DNA from: Candidatus Nomurabacteria bacterium
GTDB taxonomy: Bacteria; Patescibacteriota; Saccharimonadia; Saccharimonadales; VXPC01
NCBI GenBank assembly: GCA_020631905.1
Contig: JACKGQ010000001.1
Coordinates: forward strand, 101,854 to 165,853
Length of the DNA stretch: 64,000 nucleotides
Reading direction: 5' to 3'
Below, piece by piece: positions 26,012 to 36,470 of this stretch (its first letter is position 1; each line of letters starts with the position of its first letter). Made by a program: the position numbers and the translations under genes. A model generated the notes under the pieces. The model did no database searches, was not told the origin of the DNA, and saw only the letters and a program-made list of their open reading frames with translations.

Positions 26012-27318
26012 TATGGTGTTAAGCGGTTAATATCTCTTGGGAACAAAGTTGCCTCTTTAATGTTGGCTAGGCCTATAGTTTTTTGCACTAGACGATCAAT
26101 TCCAAATCCGCATCCGCCGTGCTGCGGTAGGCCATACTTAAAGGCTTGCAGATAGTACTTAAAGCCGTCGTGGCCCACATCTAGGCCTGCTCGTTTCATC
26201 TGCTCAATCATCTTATGGTAGTTATTCTCGCGCAAAGGCACAGTAGCTATCTCAAGACCACGGAAGAGCAAATCGCCCCAGGCGACTGTGCCGTCATCTT
26301 TAAACTTGTGATAAAACTTACCAGCCTCAGCAGGAAAGGCAACTGCGTATACCAAGTCACTACCAAGCTGTTTGCGAGCGTAATCGGCAATCCACCGCTC
26401 TTCGTCTGGAATAAGATCTTTCTCGGCAGTTGTGTCAGTCTTGGTTGCTTTGGTATACATCTCGTGAATCTCGGCAATTGTAAAAGCTGGAACGGTGTCG
26501 ATAAGTTTCAGCTCTGGGGCATTTAGACTTCTTAGTTCATCCCCGTGATCCTCGTACACCCTGTTCAATGCATATTTGGTCATGTTGGCAACCATATCCA
26601 TGACCTCTTGGTGATCGGCTACAAAACCCATCTCGATATCAAGCATGGTTAATTCCGTGAGGTGGCGGGTGGTGGCGCTCGGTTCGGCTCGGTAACTATG
26701 GCCAATCTCATACACACGTTCGAATGCACCAACCATAATCTGCTTATAGAACTGTGGGCTTTGAGCTAATGTTGCTTCCTGGCCGAAATACGGGACCTTA
26801 AAGACTTCGGCGCCACCCTCGGTAGCTCCGGGCAGAAGCTTAGGGGTATCAATCTCTACAAACTCGTTTTGACTTAAGAATTCACGTATGTAGCTGGTCA
26901 AGCTAGCCCGAATCTTAAAAATTTTCTGTTCCTGCAAATTACGGATATTGACAACTCGATGCTCGAATAAAGTATCTAGGTGTTCTGGCTTATGACTGAT
27001 TGGTTTATCAATTTCGATTGGTGGCTCATCTTCAACTGGAACTAGAATTGTAACCTCAGGATTAAAGATCTCGGCGCCTCCCGGGGCACGTTCTTCGGCC
27101 TTTACCTCTCCTACTACCTCTAGGACAGTGCCAATTTGCATACCTCTGAGTTTTTCTACCTGATCTTTATTTTCAATGATTATCTGAGCTAGCCCTGCGC
27201 GGTCGCGGACATTAATAAAGGTTAAGCCTCCGAGTAAGCGTTTTTTGTGCAACCAGCCCCGAATTAAAACTTTCTGGCCAATTAGGGACTGTAAGTCCCG
27301 AGTAAGTGTGCGTTCCAT
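26011..27318 (-). CDS. aspS: Aspartyl-tRNA synthetase, archaeal/eukaryotic type (class IIb)
   Basis: 435 aa. N-terminal OB fold (GWLHKKRLLGGLTFINVRDRAG), motif 2 FRAEPSATTRHLTE, motif 3 GGCGFGIDRL. AAGGAG lies upstream. Confidence 0.9.
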   Translation of the reverse strand: MERTLTRDLQSLIGQKVLIRGWLHKKRLLGGLTFINVRDRAGLAQIIIENKDQVEKLRGMQIGTVLEVVGEVKAEERAPGGAEIFNPEVTILVPVEDEPPIEIDKPISHKPEHLDTLFEHRVVNIRNLQEQKIFKIRASLTSYIREFLSQNEFVEIDTPKLLPGATEGGAEVFKVPYFGQEATLAQSPQFYKQIMVGAFERVYEIGHSYRAEPSATTRHLTELTMLDIEMGFVADHQEVMDMVANMTKYALNRVYEDHGDELRSLNAPELKLIDTVPAFTIAEIHEMYTKATKTDTTAEKDLIPDEERWIADYARKQLGSDLVYAVAFPAEAGKFYHKFKDDGTVAWGDLLFRGLEIATVPLRENNYHKMIEQMKRAGLDVGHDGFKYYLQAFKYGLPQHGGCGFGIDRLVQKTIGLANIKEATLFPRDINRLTP

Positions 27319-27327
27319 TGTGACTCC

Positions 27328-28383
27328 TTAAATATCTGCTATGTTGGTCTGACTACCGGCGGACCTGTGGCGTGAGATTTCGTCGGCTTTCTGTTTTGCT
27401 ACCTCGCGCAGGTCTTCATATTTGTCAAATTCATCAATAATCGACCGGCCAATAATTTGCTCGATAACGTCTTCGATAGTAATGACTCCAACAATTTCTT
27501 CATACCTATTAACTACTATAAACAGATGATGCTGAGTTAGCAAGAAGGCATTGAGAACTTGGTCGAGATTAGTTGCTTCGTTTACATAGTAAACTTCTGT
27601 TCGCATATGATCTTTTATCTTTAATAACCTTCTGATGTTGGTAACGTCTTTAAGGTAAAAAACTCCTACCAAATTTTCGCGACTACCCTCAAAAACTGGA
27701 AAGCGTGAGAAACCGCTATCATGCAGCTCACCTAGTCGAACAGGAGTTAGTTCGTCATCCGCATCCACCATCTCCACAACCGCCCGCGGGGTCATAACTT
27801 CGCTTATTATTTTATCGCCAAAACTAAGTGCATGTGTTGCAATCCGTAATTCATCACGACCTACTTTATCGAGATCCCCAGGTATCTTTTGCAGTACTTC
27901 CAATAACTCTTCTTTGGAGTGAATTCTTGTTGTGCCTTCTAGCTCAATCCATGAACCAAACACTTTGTCTAAGCTTTTTAGGATTGGTCTGGTGTAGCGC
28001 ATCGACCGAACAACCACCCCACTGCTTTGAGCAGCCATTTTTAAACTTGGTTTTGGCCAGCGCGCCCACGGCACAATTACGTGCATAGTCAAAATTATCA
28101 TTACATCAATAACAATAGCTAAAGCTACATGTAGGTAGCTATCTATGAGCAAAATTACAGCTGATAAGCTAAAACCGTAAGCACACCACAATATGATCCA
28201 GAGCTGTAGGCCGTGTTTGCGGGCTCTGTATACCTTTGTTGCCAGTAAGTCCTTTGATTTTACCCTTCTACCCAACTCGGCGATACTCATGTAGCCATAG
28301 CTACGGATCAGTAACACGAGATACAGCGTCGCACTTGCTGATATGATTAGTAGCAGGAATCTCCACATAAACGTTATTAGCAT
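27328..28383 (-). CDS. Membrane protein with DUF21-like TM region and CBS-pair domain (CNNM/CorC/TlyC-like)
   Basis: Four N-terminal TM helices are followed by two CBS motifs (...ISEVMTPRAVVEMV..., ...VVNRYEEIVGVITIEDVIEQIIG). Confidence 0.7.
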   Translation of the reverse strand: MLITFMWRFLLLIISASATLYLVLLIRSYGYMSIAELGRRVKSKDLLATKVYRARKHGLQLWIILWCAYGFSLSAVILLIDSYLHVALAIVIDVMIILTMHVIVPWARWPKPSLKMAAQSSGVVVRSMRYTRPILKSLDKVFGSWIELEGTTRIHSKEELLEVLQKIPGDLDKVGRDELRIATHALSFGDKIISEVMTPRAVVEMVDADDELTPVRLGELHDSGFSRFPVFEGSRENLVGVFYLKDVTNIRRLLKIKDHMRTEVYYVNEATNLDQVLNAFLLTQHHLFIVVNRYEEIVGVITIEDVIEQIIGRSIIDEFDKYEDLREVAKQKADEISRHRSAGSQTNIADI

Positions 28384-28433
28384 AAACTAGTTGGTTAAAA
28401 GTTGCTATAATGTATGTCTAAACTGGAGGAAAA

Positions 28434-29138
28434 ATGAATTTCAAGTTGGCAGGTATTATTATTGCTGTACTAGTAGCAATAATTGGAATAGGTGTACTAA
28501 GTGGTGGTTCAGGCAATAATGATGGTCCGAATGTCGCCGATGCAGAACAAGTTAATTCGGAAGGCTTGGCCACATCAAAGGTAGTATTCACTGAAGCCGG
28601 TGATTTTGAGTGCCCTGCCTGTGCAAGTTTTCATACGTTGATCAAACAAGTTGCTTCGGTCTACCAAGATCGAGTTAAGTTTGAGTTCATTCACTTTCCG
28701 CTCAAAACAATTCATCCAAACTCTTTAGCTGCTCACCGAGCTGCGCAGTCTGCAGCACTTCAGGGAAAGTTCTGGGAAATGCATGACTTATTGTTTGAGC
28801 AAAGAGATCTTTGGATAAGCACTACTACTAGTAATCCAGTACTAGTTTTCGAGTCTTTTGCCTCGCAGCTAGGCCTCGACATGGATAAGTTTAGGTTAGA
28901 TTTCTCGAGCACTGAAGTCAATGACTATATCCAAGCAAATATCGACCTCGGGACAGAAATGGGAGTCGAAGCAACGCCGTCGTTCTTCTTAAACGGCCAG
29001 AAACTAGACAACACCCAGATTGATAGTGTCGAAAAAATAAGTAAGTTGCTCGATCAAGAACTGGCTCAAACATCTGACTCAACTCCATCCACAGCAGATG
29101 CCAAACAATCCCAGACTGATTCCAGCCAGACTAATTAG
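28434..29138 (+). CDS. DsbA-family thiol:disulfide oxidoreductase, membrane-anchored
   Basis: TM anchor, active site GDFECPACASFH (CxxC), and later ATPSFFLNG (cis-Pro loop region). TATAAT plus GGAGGA lie upstream. Confidence 0.8.
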   Translation: MNFKLAGIIIAVLVAIIGIGVLSGGSGNNDGPNVADAEQVNSEGLATSKVVFTEAGDFECPACASFHTLIKQVASVYQDRVKFEFIHFPLKTIHPNSLAAHRAAQSAALQGKFWEMHDLLFEQRDLWISTTTSNPVLVFESFASQLGLDMDKFRLDFSSTEVNDYIQANIDLGTEMGVEATPSFFLNGQKLDNTQIDSVEKISKLLDQELAQTSDSTPSTADAKQSQTDSSQTN

Positions 29139-29147
29139 TATCTAGCT

Positions 29148-29309
29148 TTAATATACTAAAAACTCACGCCAGCTAGCGAAACTAACTCTTACGCTAATTG
29201 CATTCTCAGCCTGATCTACGAAACTAACAATAATTTGGCGTGAAGCCGTCTTGATAGTCTTAGGCAGCTCAATAGCTTTGGACTGCTGATTAATTGCGAT
29301 GTTAATCAT
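29148..29309 (-). CDS. Possible small ORF (53 aa), unknown
   Basis: Below the track cutoff. ATG 29309 is preceded by GGGGGGAAT. The product is MINIAINQQSKAIELPKTIKTASRQIIVSFVDQAENAISVRVSFASWREFLVY. No homolog recognised. Confidence 0.25.
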   Translation of the reverse strand: MINIAINQQSKAIELPKTIKTASRQIIVSFVDQAENAISVRVSFASWREFLVY

Positions 29310-29469
29310 ATTCCCCCCACATCAACGCGACAGAAAACAAATGTTCTCTGATTTTTTTCGTGTTTTTAATTTTTTATTAACTCTAAAAGATTACTAAACC
29401 ATACCCACTTAGCACAAGCATTTTTGTAGAAAAAACAACTAATAAACTGATATCATAATACTTAAGCTA

Positions 29470-31275
29470 ATGAACGATATATTTTACGAACTTAGCCTAG
29501 TAATAGGGATTAGCGCGGGCGTATCAATAGTGATGCGTTTATTAAGGCAGCCATTAATTATCGGCTATATACTGTCGGGTGTAATAGTCGGGCCAGCACT
29601 ATTAAACGTCGTCCACTCTGAGAACACTATTGAAGCTTTCGCAAACTTCGGGATAGCCCTACTCTTATTTATTATTGGCTTAGGCCTAAACCCGAAGATA
29701 ATCAGAGAGGTCGGCCGCGCAGCCGTACTCACAGGTATTGGTCAAGTTGTGTTCACGAGTATTGCTGGCTATCTGATAGCCTCTGTTCTGGGTTATGGAA
29801 CGAAAGCAGGGATCTACATAGCGGTTAGTCTAGCCTTCTCGAGTACAATAGTAGTCTTAAAACTACTTTCAGATAAAAAAGAGCAGCAAAGATTATATGC
29901 CCGGATATCAATCGGCTTTTTACTTGTTCAAGATATCTTAGCCGCTCTTGCCCTAATAGTCGCGACCACTACGAGTTCGGGCAATTTTGAGCCTGGAGAT
30001 ATATTTTCGCTACTCCTAAAAGGAGCCCTCTTGATCACCAGCTTGTTCGTGTTGGCAAAGTATATTTTGCCACACGCCAAATTACTGGTTTCGGGCTCGC
30101 AAGAGCTGTTATTTATCTATGCTATCGCTTGGGGCTTCGGAGTAGCCACAATCTTTCGCGAGCTTGGCTTTTCGTTGGAGGTGGGCGCCCTGGCTGCAGG
30201 TGTTGCTTTGGCGCCTCAAGCATATGCCTTAGAAATAGGTTCTAGGCTTAGACCTTTGCGAGACTTTTTTGTGGTGATGTTCTTTGTTGCGCTAGGCACA
30301 CATATTGAATTGGGTGGTGCCGAATCGATCATACCTCATGCTATAGCGCTCTCCGTATTTGTCTTGATCGGTAATCCGATAATTGTGATGGCTATTCTTG
30401 GTATACTCGGCTACACCAAGAAAACCAGCTTCAAGGCTGGTTTGGCTGTCGCTCAAATCAGTGAATTTTCTTTAGTATTTGTATTGCTAGGCAATCGACT
30501 CGGCCAGATTAACGATCAAATCGTTGCATTGGTTACGATTGTCGGTTTAATAACAATCGCACTCAGTTCATACATGATTATCTATGCAGATCAGATATAT
30601 AACTATATCCAACACTTACTAACTATCTTCGAGCGCAAGAACCTTGCCAGTAACAAAGAAAAACGCACAAACCCCGAAGTCTTTTTATTTGGATACAAAA
30701 AAGGTGGCGAACAATTTGTGAAAGCTTTCGATAATATGAAGTGGCGATACATAGTTTTAGACTACGACCCACACATCGTTGATAGACTGGAACATGAAGG
30801 CATTAACAACACTTATGGTGATATGACTGACGTTGAGTTACTTGAAGAAATTCAGCTCGATAAAGCAAAGTTGGTAATTTCGATGATTTCAGATTACGAC
30901 AGCAATGCTTTTTTGGCCGACTTTATGACATCGAATAACCCAAAGGCTGTCCTGATTTGTTCCGCCGACACACCCGGGCAAGCTGCCGATCTTTACTCGC
31001 AAGGTGTAGATTATGTACTGATGCCTCACTATATTGGAAGTGAACGGGTGGTTAATTTCATCAAACGATCTGGCTTGAAACACGCTGCCTTTAAAGAGTA
31101 CCGCCAGAAACACCTGATACGACTTCAGTCGGAGTATGCAGATTATTACTCTAAAACCAAGGCCCAACGCAACCTAGGTCATCTTATTGTTCAGGCCTCA
31201 GAAGGCATTAAAGACATGGCCCAACGCTCTAAGTCTAGGCGGACTCAATCCCCAGCCAAGCCAACCAAGAAGTAG
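29470..31275 (+). CDS. CPA2-family cation:proton antiporter with C-terminal RCK/TrkA-N domain (Kef-like)
   Basis: About 12 TM helices of the Na+/H+ exchanger type, then a Rossmann-like domain (VFLFGYKKGGEQF...YIVLDYDP...GDMTD). Confidence 0.8.
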   Translation: MNDIFYELSLVIGISAGVSIVMRLLRQPLIIGYILSGVIVGPALLNVVHSENTIEAFANFGIALLLFIIGLGLNPKIIREVGRAAVLTGIGQVVFTSIAGYLIASVLGYGTKAGIYIAVSLAFSSTIVVLKLLSDKKEQQRLYARISIGFLLVQDILAALALIVATTTSSGNFEPGDIFSLLLKGALLITSLFVLAKYILPHAKLLVSGSQELLFIYAIAWGFGVATIFRELGFSLEVGALAAGVALAPQAYALEIGSRLRPLRDFFVVMFFVALGTHIELGGAESIIPHAIALSVFVLIGNPIIVMAILGILGYTKKTSFKAGLAVAQISEFSLVFVLLGNRLGQINDQIVALVTIVGLITIALSSYMIIYADQIYNYIQHLLTIFERKNLASNKEKRTNPEVFLFGYKKGGEQFVKAFDNMKWRYIVLDYDPHIVDRLEHEGINNTYGDMTDVELLEEIQLDKAKLVISMISDYDSNAFLADFMTSNNPKAVLICSADTPGQAADLYSQGVDYVLMPHYIGSERVVNFIKRSGLKHAAFKEYRQKHLIRLQSEYADYYSKTKAQRNLGHLIVQASEGIKDMAQRSKSRRTQSPAKPTKK

Positions 31276-32728
31276 GCTTTTTGCCAATCTCCTCTTTTGT
31301 TTTCTTTGGTCTGTTTGTTGGGGATTGCTTTCTAGGCTTCTTGCGTGGAACAGCCAAACCCCTATAATTTGATATTTCACTATATCCCATCTGCCTTCCA
31401 CCAACTTCATAGGCAGTGCACCAAGCATCATTGCATTCCTTACAAAAAACCCCGCAACCATAGAGTGCCTGCGGCTCACCCTGGTTACATCCTGGCACCA
31501 CACAGTAGCCCATGCCACTAAATCGACGTAGTTCACGAGTATTCTGATTAGCTGCCAGCACATCGAATAATAAGCTACCTGTTGGTTCGATATTTTTTTC
31601 TAAACTGCTAGTGGAGCCTGTGCAATTCCCCTGATATACAACTCCTTTGGCTCGTGCGTTACGGCTCGAAACATATACAGAATCATCTTGAGCTTGCTGA
31701 TCGACCGGACTTGTCGTAAATATGTGATGCGGTAAACTACTCTCACGTAAAACTCCTAGTAGTTGACGTGAACTTAATCGATTAAAAATACCGATTGGCG
31801 GTGGAATTCCTAGCCGGATACATTCATCTCGTAAGCCGGTTGTGGCACTACCGAGTTTTTCTGACTCTAGGCACCAAGCCAACATCTTTAGATACTGGGC
31901 CTCGGCTTGCTGGTAGCGCAGTGAGTCGATAGTCAGCAGTTTATATTGGTTGGTGAGACTTCTAATTCTTCCTACCGGACTATCTTCTGACTCAATAATA
32001 TCTAGTTCGTCTAATTCTTCGAGCGCAGTGTTGTGGACTCGTCTATCTATATTCAGCCCTTCTAGAATCATTTGCTGCATAGCGCGATCATGTTGGTCTA
32101 ACGTAAAGAAATCAGCCCTGAGTCGCCCAGCTTCTAAAGAGAAGAGCGACATTACCGACATTTGTCGCTCGGGCTTGAAATTGAGTAGTCTAGCTTCGTT
32201 TGCAGGAATCTCCCAAGGACAGAGTGAGCTTTTCAGCGCCCAACCCCTACCACCTGTTTTTAGCCAATCACTCAGCTGCTTGGCTTCATGACTTCTTGAT
32301 TGCTCTCGCCTTAATCCGTAGACGCTGCCTAAACCCCAGGCTGTCTTTAGGCAAGAGTCTAGAATGTCTTGCATCGACTGGCCGGAGTCAACACTAATAA
32401 AATCATAGCCTGTGTCCGTCTGAATAATCTCATAGTAAAAGGTGCGTTGCAGACTTTCACGACCAGGAGCATGCTCCTCCATGTCCGTCGCAAATTCTAC
32501 CCTAATTTGACTTAAGGCTTCAGGGCCGTTTTTTTCGAGCAAATATAAGTGAGCGGCTGAATCATTTTGGACCTGAACAACTTCCGCACAAGCAGCTTTC
32601 CCGAATTTAAGGCCTAATCTAGTGCTCCTTAGATTTTCATATAGTTTGCTACGTTCGGTTACGTCCATATCCCGCGATACTCTAGCAGTACCACAGTATG
32701 GTCTTGCTCGAGACACTCCTATTAACAA
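31235..32728 (-). CDS. Large orphan protein with C-terminal Cys-rich (zinc-ribbon-like) region and Lys/Pro-rich tail
   Basis: 497-aa ORF (alternative start MDVTERS at 32665). The C-terminus is GYCVVPGCNQGEPQALYGCGVFCKECNDAWC followed by PRKKPRKQSPTNRPKKTKEE. Its 3' end overlaps the convergent antiporter gene by 41 nt. Confidence 0.55.
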   Translation of the reverse strand: MLIGVSRARPYCGTARVSRDMDVTERSKLYENLRSTRLGLKFGKAACAEVVQVQNDSAAHLYLLEKNGPEALSQIRVEFATDMEEHAPGRESLQRTFYYEIIQTDTGYDFISVDSGQSMQDILDSCLKTAWGLGSVYGLRREQSRSHEAKQLSDWLKTGGRGWALKSSLCPWEIPANEARLLNFKPERQMSVMSLFSLEAGRLRADFFTLDQHDRAMQQMILEGLNIDRRVHNTALEELDELDIIESEDSPVGRIRSLTNQYKLLTIDSLRYQQAEAQYLKMLAWCLESEKLGSATTGLRDECIRLGIPPPIGIFNRLSSRQLLGVLRESSLPHHIFTTSPVDQQAQDDSVYVSSRNARAKGVVYQGNCTGSTSSLEKNIEPTGSLLFDVLAANQNTRELRRFSGMGYCVVPGCNQGEPQALYGCGVFCKECNDAWCTAYEVGGRQMGYSEISNYRGLAVPRKKPRKQSPTNRPKKTKEEIGKKPTSWLAWLGIESA

Positions 32729-32872
32729 GCCACCGGGCTTCTAAGAATCTTAGTTTACCGTTGCGGCACAGCACCAGATTCGCACTGGTTTGCGCTCGTT
32801 AATGTTTCAATTTATTAATTATCTAGAGGATAACTCATGTTAAACATATTTGATATTGTAATTCGTTCAACG

Positions 32873-33337
32873 TCAGTTTGTCGGAGTGTCAGTATTGGTT
32901 TCAGGGTCTGCACTGGATTGTTGGGCATCGGTTTTTGTCTCGACTGTTGGTCCAGCATTAATGATTTTGTCGGTTTCGGGCCGATAAAGTAATGCCCATT
33001 TAGCTTTGTTAAAGATTAGCAGTTTATCGCCATTTTTAGCATTATCAAAAAATGGCTGATCTTTAAACTTCGTGATATCTTCGATCGTAGCAATAACTGG
33101 ATCTTCGTCGGCAGGTATCTCATAGATTGCCGAAACTTTTTCTAAAAGCTGTTTGGCCTGCTCTTCTGGTGTCAACGGGATTTTCGATTGTAGGTCTGCA
33201 ATCTGCAGTCTAAGGTCTGCCGACCTTGAACGCTCGCGCCAGTATAAATATCCAGATGCACCCGCTACCAGAAAGAGCAAGATAGCCAAACTGGTTATCA
33301 ATATCTGCCAAATCGACTTCTGCTTCACAACAGCCAC
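32873..33337 (-). CDS. Membrane-anchored hypothetical protein (last gene of the surface operon)
   Basis: 154 aa with one TM helix. Its ATG overlaps the upstream stop by 1 nt. Confidence 0.5.
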   Translation of the reverse strand: MAVVKQKSIWQILITSLAILLFLVAGASGYLYWRERSRSADLRLQIADLQSKIPLTPEEQAKQLLEKVSAIYEIPADEDPVIATIEDITKFKDQPFFDNAKNGDKLLIFNKAKWALLYRPETDKIINAGPTVETKTDAQQSSADPETNTDTPTN

Positions 33338-34068
33338 TATTTTACCTCGTAGGTCACATTCACATTAATGGTATAGTCTTGCTCGCCAGTTCTAATCGGC
33401 AAAGATTTTGTTTCCGAGCTAGATGCAGAATCTAGCGTAGCGTAGGCGATCGGATAACCACCATAGTTTTCTGTCTCTTCTACCGTAAGTGCTTTGCCGA
33501 CTTTCAGCCCAAGCTCCGTGGCACTTTGATCTGCCTTTGTACGAGCATCTTCGATTGCAAGCTTACGTGCTTCGGCGGCTAGCTCTTTCTGCTTGCTATC
33601 GCTAAAACCAGGTGTTGGAGTAAGTGAGCCTGCTGGACTGGTTGTTAGCAAGTAATCTTGGACTTCCTGGGCTTTGTCTTTATCGTCGACGACGATCTGC
33701 ATGTAAAGATTTGACCGCACGATATCTTCCTCTTCGTCGGTATACCAATTCTCATAAGAGCTAGCATCAACAGTTATATCTTTATCTTCTATGCCAAGTT
33801 CTTCTAGGCCTTTTGTAACTTCGTCGGCTTTATTGGTTGCCGCTGCGATTACATCGTCGCTCGTATCACCCTTAAAATCGTAGCTAGGATTAAACGTAAA
33901 TTCATCCGCTTCAGCACTGACTGTGCCCTCACCACTAGTTGAAATGGTCCTTTTTTGAGATACCTCGCCCTGCCATGGTTGTGACCACAGCAGTAGGCCA
34001 ACTGTTGTCGCTAGTAGCACTGTGTTTAGTCCTCGCCATATATCTCGTTTACTAAAGTTAATCGTCAT
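33337..34068 (-). CDS. SIMPL/DUF541-family protein
   Basis: ISTSGEGTVSAEADEFTF...AIEDARTKADQSATELGLKVGKALTVEE...TINVNVTYEV fits the SIMPL (26-kDa periplasmic immunogenic protein) pattern. Confidence 0.7.
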   Translation of the reverse strand: MTINFSKRDIWRGLNTVLLATTVGLLLWSQPWQGEVSQKRTISTSGEGTVSAEADEFTFNPSYDFKGDTSDDVIAAATNKADEVTKGLEELGIEDKDITVDASSYENWYTDEEEDIVRSNLYMQIVVDDKDKAQEVQDYLLTTSPAGSLTPTPGFSDSKQKELAAEARKLAIEDARTKADQSATELGLKVGKALTVEETENYGGYPIAYATLDSASSSETKSLPIRTGEQDYTINVNVTYEVK

Positions 34069-34095
34069 AAATTACTCCTCTTATGCTTAACAGAA

Positions 34096-35448
34096 TTATA
34101 CAGGACGTTTGAGTTTAACAATAGTTCTGTGGGCTAGGTTTAAGCTAATAATAATCAATACAATAATGGTAATTAGTCTCCAAGGGGCTGGCTTTCCACT
34201 ATATATATTCACTGTAAAGTAAACGGTTAGGCCACACAGTTTGTCAGAGACTGATACATGTCCGTTATAGTGACCAATGCCCGGATATACGTGATGCAAC
34301 CGCTCACTATTTAGCTCGCTTGTTTGATGGCTTATAGCCACATCGCCCCAGTCTATTGTTTTATCATACTGATCACTAAAACCTTCCGTAATTATATCCA
34401 GATCGATACCAGTATGACCTGACTCCAAGTTATAGCTATACCTATTAAGCTTTAGGCTTGCACTACAATCTTGTGAATGCGTAGACTCAGCCAAAAAATA
34501 TTTCACAGAATCGGAGAAACCGCTACACATTGATAATGTGCATGCCCTAGTTTTTACCACCACCGTATCACGCACCATATATATCACAATCGACCATATG
34601 CCATCTGTATTTGAGTAGACTGAGCCAACTAATTCATCATCGACATACACCTCTACCATGGTATTCGGTGTCGCTTGGCCGCTTATTACCAGCTCTCGGC
34701 TACTGCTAACATAATTATTCTTCGGATCTACCACGCTTGATGTGATATTTTGTTGGGTTATTTTTGTATTGGTTGTCGGCTCGGCTTCGGCTTCGGCTTC
34801 GACTATCTTAAATTGATACTTAGAGGAAACTGAAGATGTATAGCTACCTCCATAAGCACTAACCCGAAAAACATGGTAGCCAACATGGAAACCAGTAGAA
34901 TCTATGGTTATTCGCCACGAACCATCCTGTTTTGATATAGTCGTAACGCTCATATTATTATCTATATTTAGTAATATCTCTTTATTAGGACAACCACTAC
35001 CCTGAAATACTATTTTTTTTCCAAGAGTAACAACGGTCTCGCTTATCCTGGCAGTTGGGCTTGGATTAACGGTTCTGGTAGTCAACGATTTAGGCGCGAG
35101 ATACACATAATCCTGGCTGGTAGTGGATACCTGGCCATAGCTGTCTTCGTAAAATACATTGATATCATGTATGCCTACACCCTGAGATAATAATGAGATT
35201 GAGTAAACTCCTGTACTAGCACTCAGTGCTGTGCCAACAACTGCAACACCATCCATGACGGTTACTAGTGAATTGGGCGACACACATCCGCCAACATCTA
35301 AATCTGTATCTGGTACTCGTAAGCTTACAGGTATGCTAGGTGACGTGCTAATTATATTCGTGGCTGATACAGTACTAGGCTTTAGGAATGTTGCAGTTAA
35401 CAACATTGAACCTATAATTACCCATTTAAGGCTCACCCTTAAATTCAT
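34096..35448 (-). CDS. Surface protein 'E': Ig-like repeats, EAEAEAE linker, PKD-like domain, C-terminal TM anchor
   Basis: Signal peptide ending VSA. The PKD-like stretch is DWGDVAISHQ...HHVYPGIGHYNGHVSVSD. The C-terminus is WRLITIIVLIIISLNLAHRTIVKLKRPV. Confidence 0.6.
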   Translation of the reverse strand: MNLRVSLKWVIIGSMLLTATFLKPSTVSATNIISTSPSIPVSLRVPDTDLDVGGCVSPNSLVTVMDGVAVVGTALSASTGVYSISLLSQGVGIHDINVFYEDSYGQVSTTSQDYVYLAPKSLTTRTVNPSPTARISETVVTLGKKIVFQGSGCPNKEILLNIDNNMSVTTISKQDGSWRITIDSTGFHVGYHVFRVSAYGGSYTSSVSSKYQFKIVEAEAEAEPTTNTKITQQNITSSVVDPKNNYVSSSRELVISGQATPNTMVEVYVDDELVGSVYSNTDGIWSIVIYMVRDTVVVKTRACTLSMCSGFSDSVKYFLAESTHSQDCSASLKLNRYSYNLESGHTGIDLDIITEGFSDQYDKTIDWGDVAISHQTSELNSERLHHVYPGIGHYNGHVSVSDKLCGLTVYFTVNIYSGKPAPWRLITIIVLIIISLNLAHRTIVKLKRPV

Positions 35449-35450
35449 AA

Positions 35451-36389
35451 TTACCCGTTCTTAAGAACCGATAACGCTTTACGAATCCTAGATCGATTTC
35501 GAACAATTAAGACAATAGTGACGATTAATCCAAGCAATGCTGGCAGAATGGTTTTATATGGGAAGATAATAAAAGTTGTACTAGCAGATGCGATCTGGTT
35601 ATTCTCTCCGTAAACGATTGTCAGGTTAGCTGTATAGCGGCCAACTGTGAAACCTCCTGGATTCCATTCATTGACCAACTTTCTGATCGTTCCAGGTAAG
35701 ACATTTCGCTCTTCAAGATCGATACTGGTGACAGTGTTGCCAAACATATTCTTGATTTCAATTTTTCCTTGCGGCTTGAAATGAACGTTGCCCTGATTTT
35801 CGACCCTTGTAATCAGCTCAATTGGCCCTGACTGCTTAAAATTGTCAGCACTAAATTCGACTACGGAAGCTTTCTCTTGGGTATCGCCTGGCACGCGAAC
35901 TAGAATTAGTGGACCAACCTCCTGCACTACTGATGGTCCGGTTAAATCAACTTTTTGAGGGTCTGTGCTGACGATGATAACTCCAAAGTGCCCCCCTGGC
36001 TCAGCATCTGCTGGCACGTTGATTGTATATTCGAAGACTTGTGAACCCCTAGATGGTACTTCGACTGTTTCTGGGCTTACATTTATCCAACTAGCTAGCG
36101 AATATTGAGTTGGCTGCTCAGTAATGTCGACCCCTCCCTCTTCATCAGAAGCTGTAAAATTCTTAGGTGTCGCGATTAGGTCTACAGATACGTCAGAGCC
36201 ATTTACAACTTTGAACGAGCCGCTAACAAGATTTCCCCTGTTAGCATCTAGCTCAATCACGGTTGGACTAACATTAAGAACCAGTCTTTCGGGTTGTTGG
36301 GCACGAACTTTAGAGGCGCCAATCGTGGCAATCAATAATCCAATTACGACTAAACCCAACCCCCACTTCGTGTTCCGAAAAATGTTCAT
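35451..36389 (-). CDS. Partner protein 'D': secreted two-domain beta-sandwich protein with C-terminal TM anchor (DUF916/DUF3324-like)
   Basis: Signal peptide, then LVLNVSPTVIELDANRGNLVSGSFKVVNGSDVSVDL...EPGGHFGVIIVS. The second half contains LPGTIRKL. The C-terminus ILPALLGLIVTIVLIVRNRSRIRK is a TM helix plus basic tail. It is a paralog of 37531-38454. Confidence 0.6.
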   Translation of the reverse strand: MNIFRNTKWGLGLVVIGLLIATIGASKVRAQQPERLVLNVSPTVIELDANRGNLVSGSFKVVNGSDVSVDLIATPKNFTASDEEGGVDITEQPTQYSLASWINVSPETVEVPSRGSQVFEYTINVPADAEPGGHFGVIIVSTDPQKVDLTGPSVVQEVGPLILVRVPGDTQEKASVVEFSADNFKQSGPIELITRVENQGNVHFKPQGKIEIKNMFGNTVTSIDLEERNVLPGTIRKLVNEWNPGGFTVGRYTANLTIVYGENNQIASASTTFIIFPYKTILPALLGLIVTIVLIVRNRSRIRKALSVLKNG

Positions 36390-36470
36390 GGCTCTCCTCT
36401 GAGTTGTTTCAAATATATTACACCAACATCTTCAATATAACCAAACGAAGTAATCAGTGGTCTTTATTGT

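Noticed and set aside
31187-31563. Track ORFs 31187-31372 (+) and 31198-31563 (-)
   Set aside because: They overlap the 3' ends of the antiporter and of the 497-aa orphan in other frames, and nothing independently supports them.
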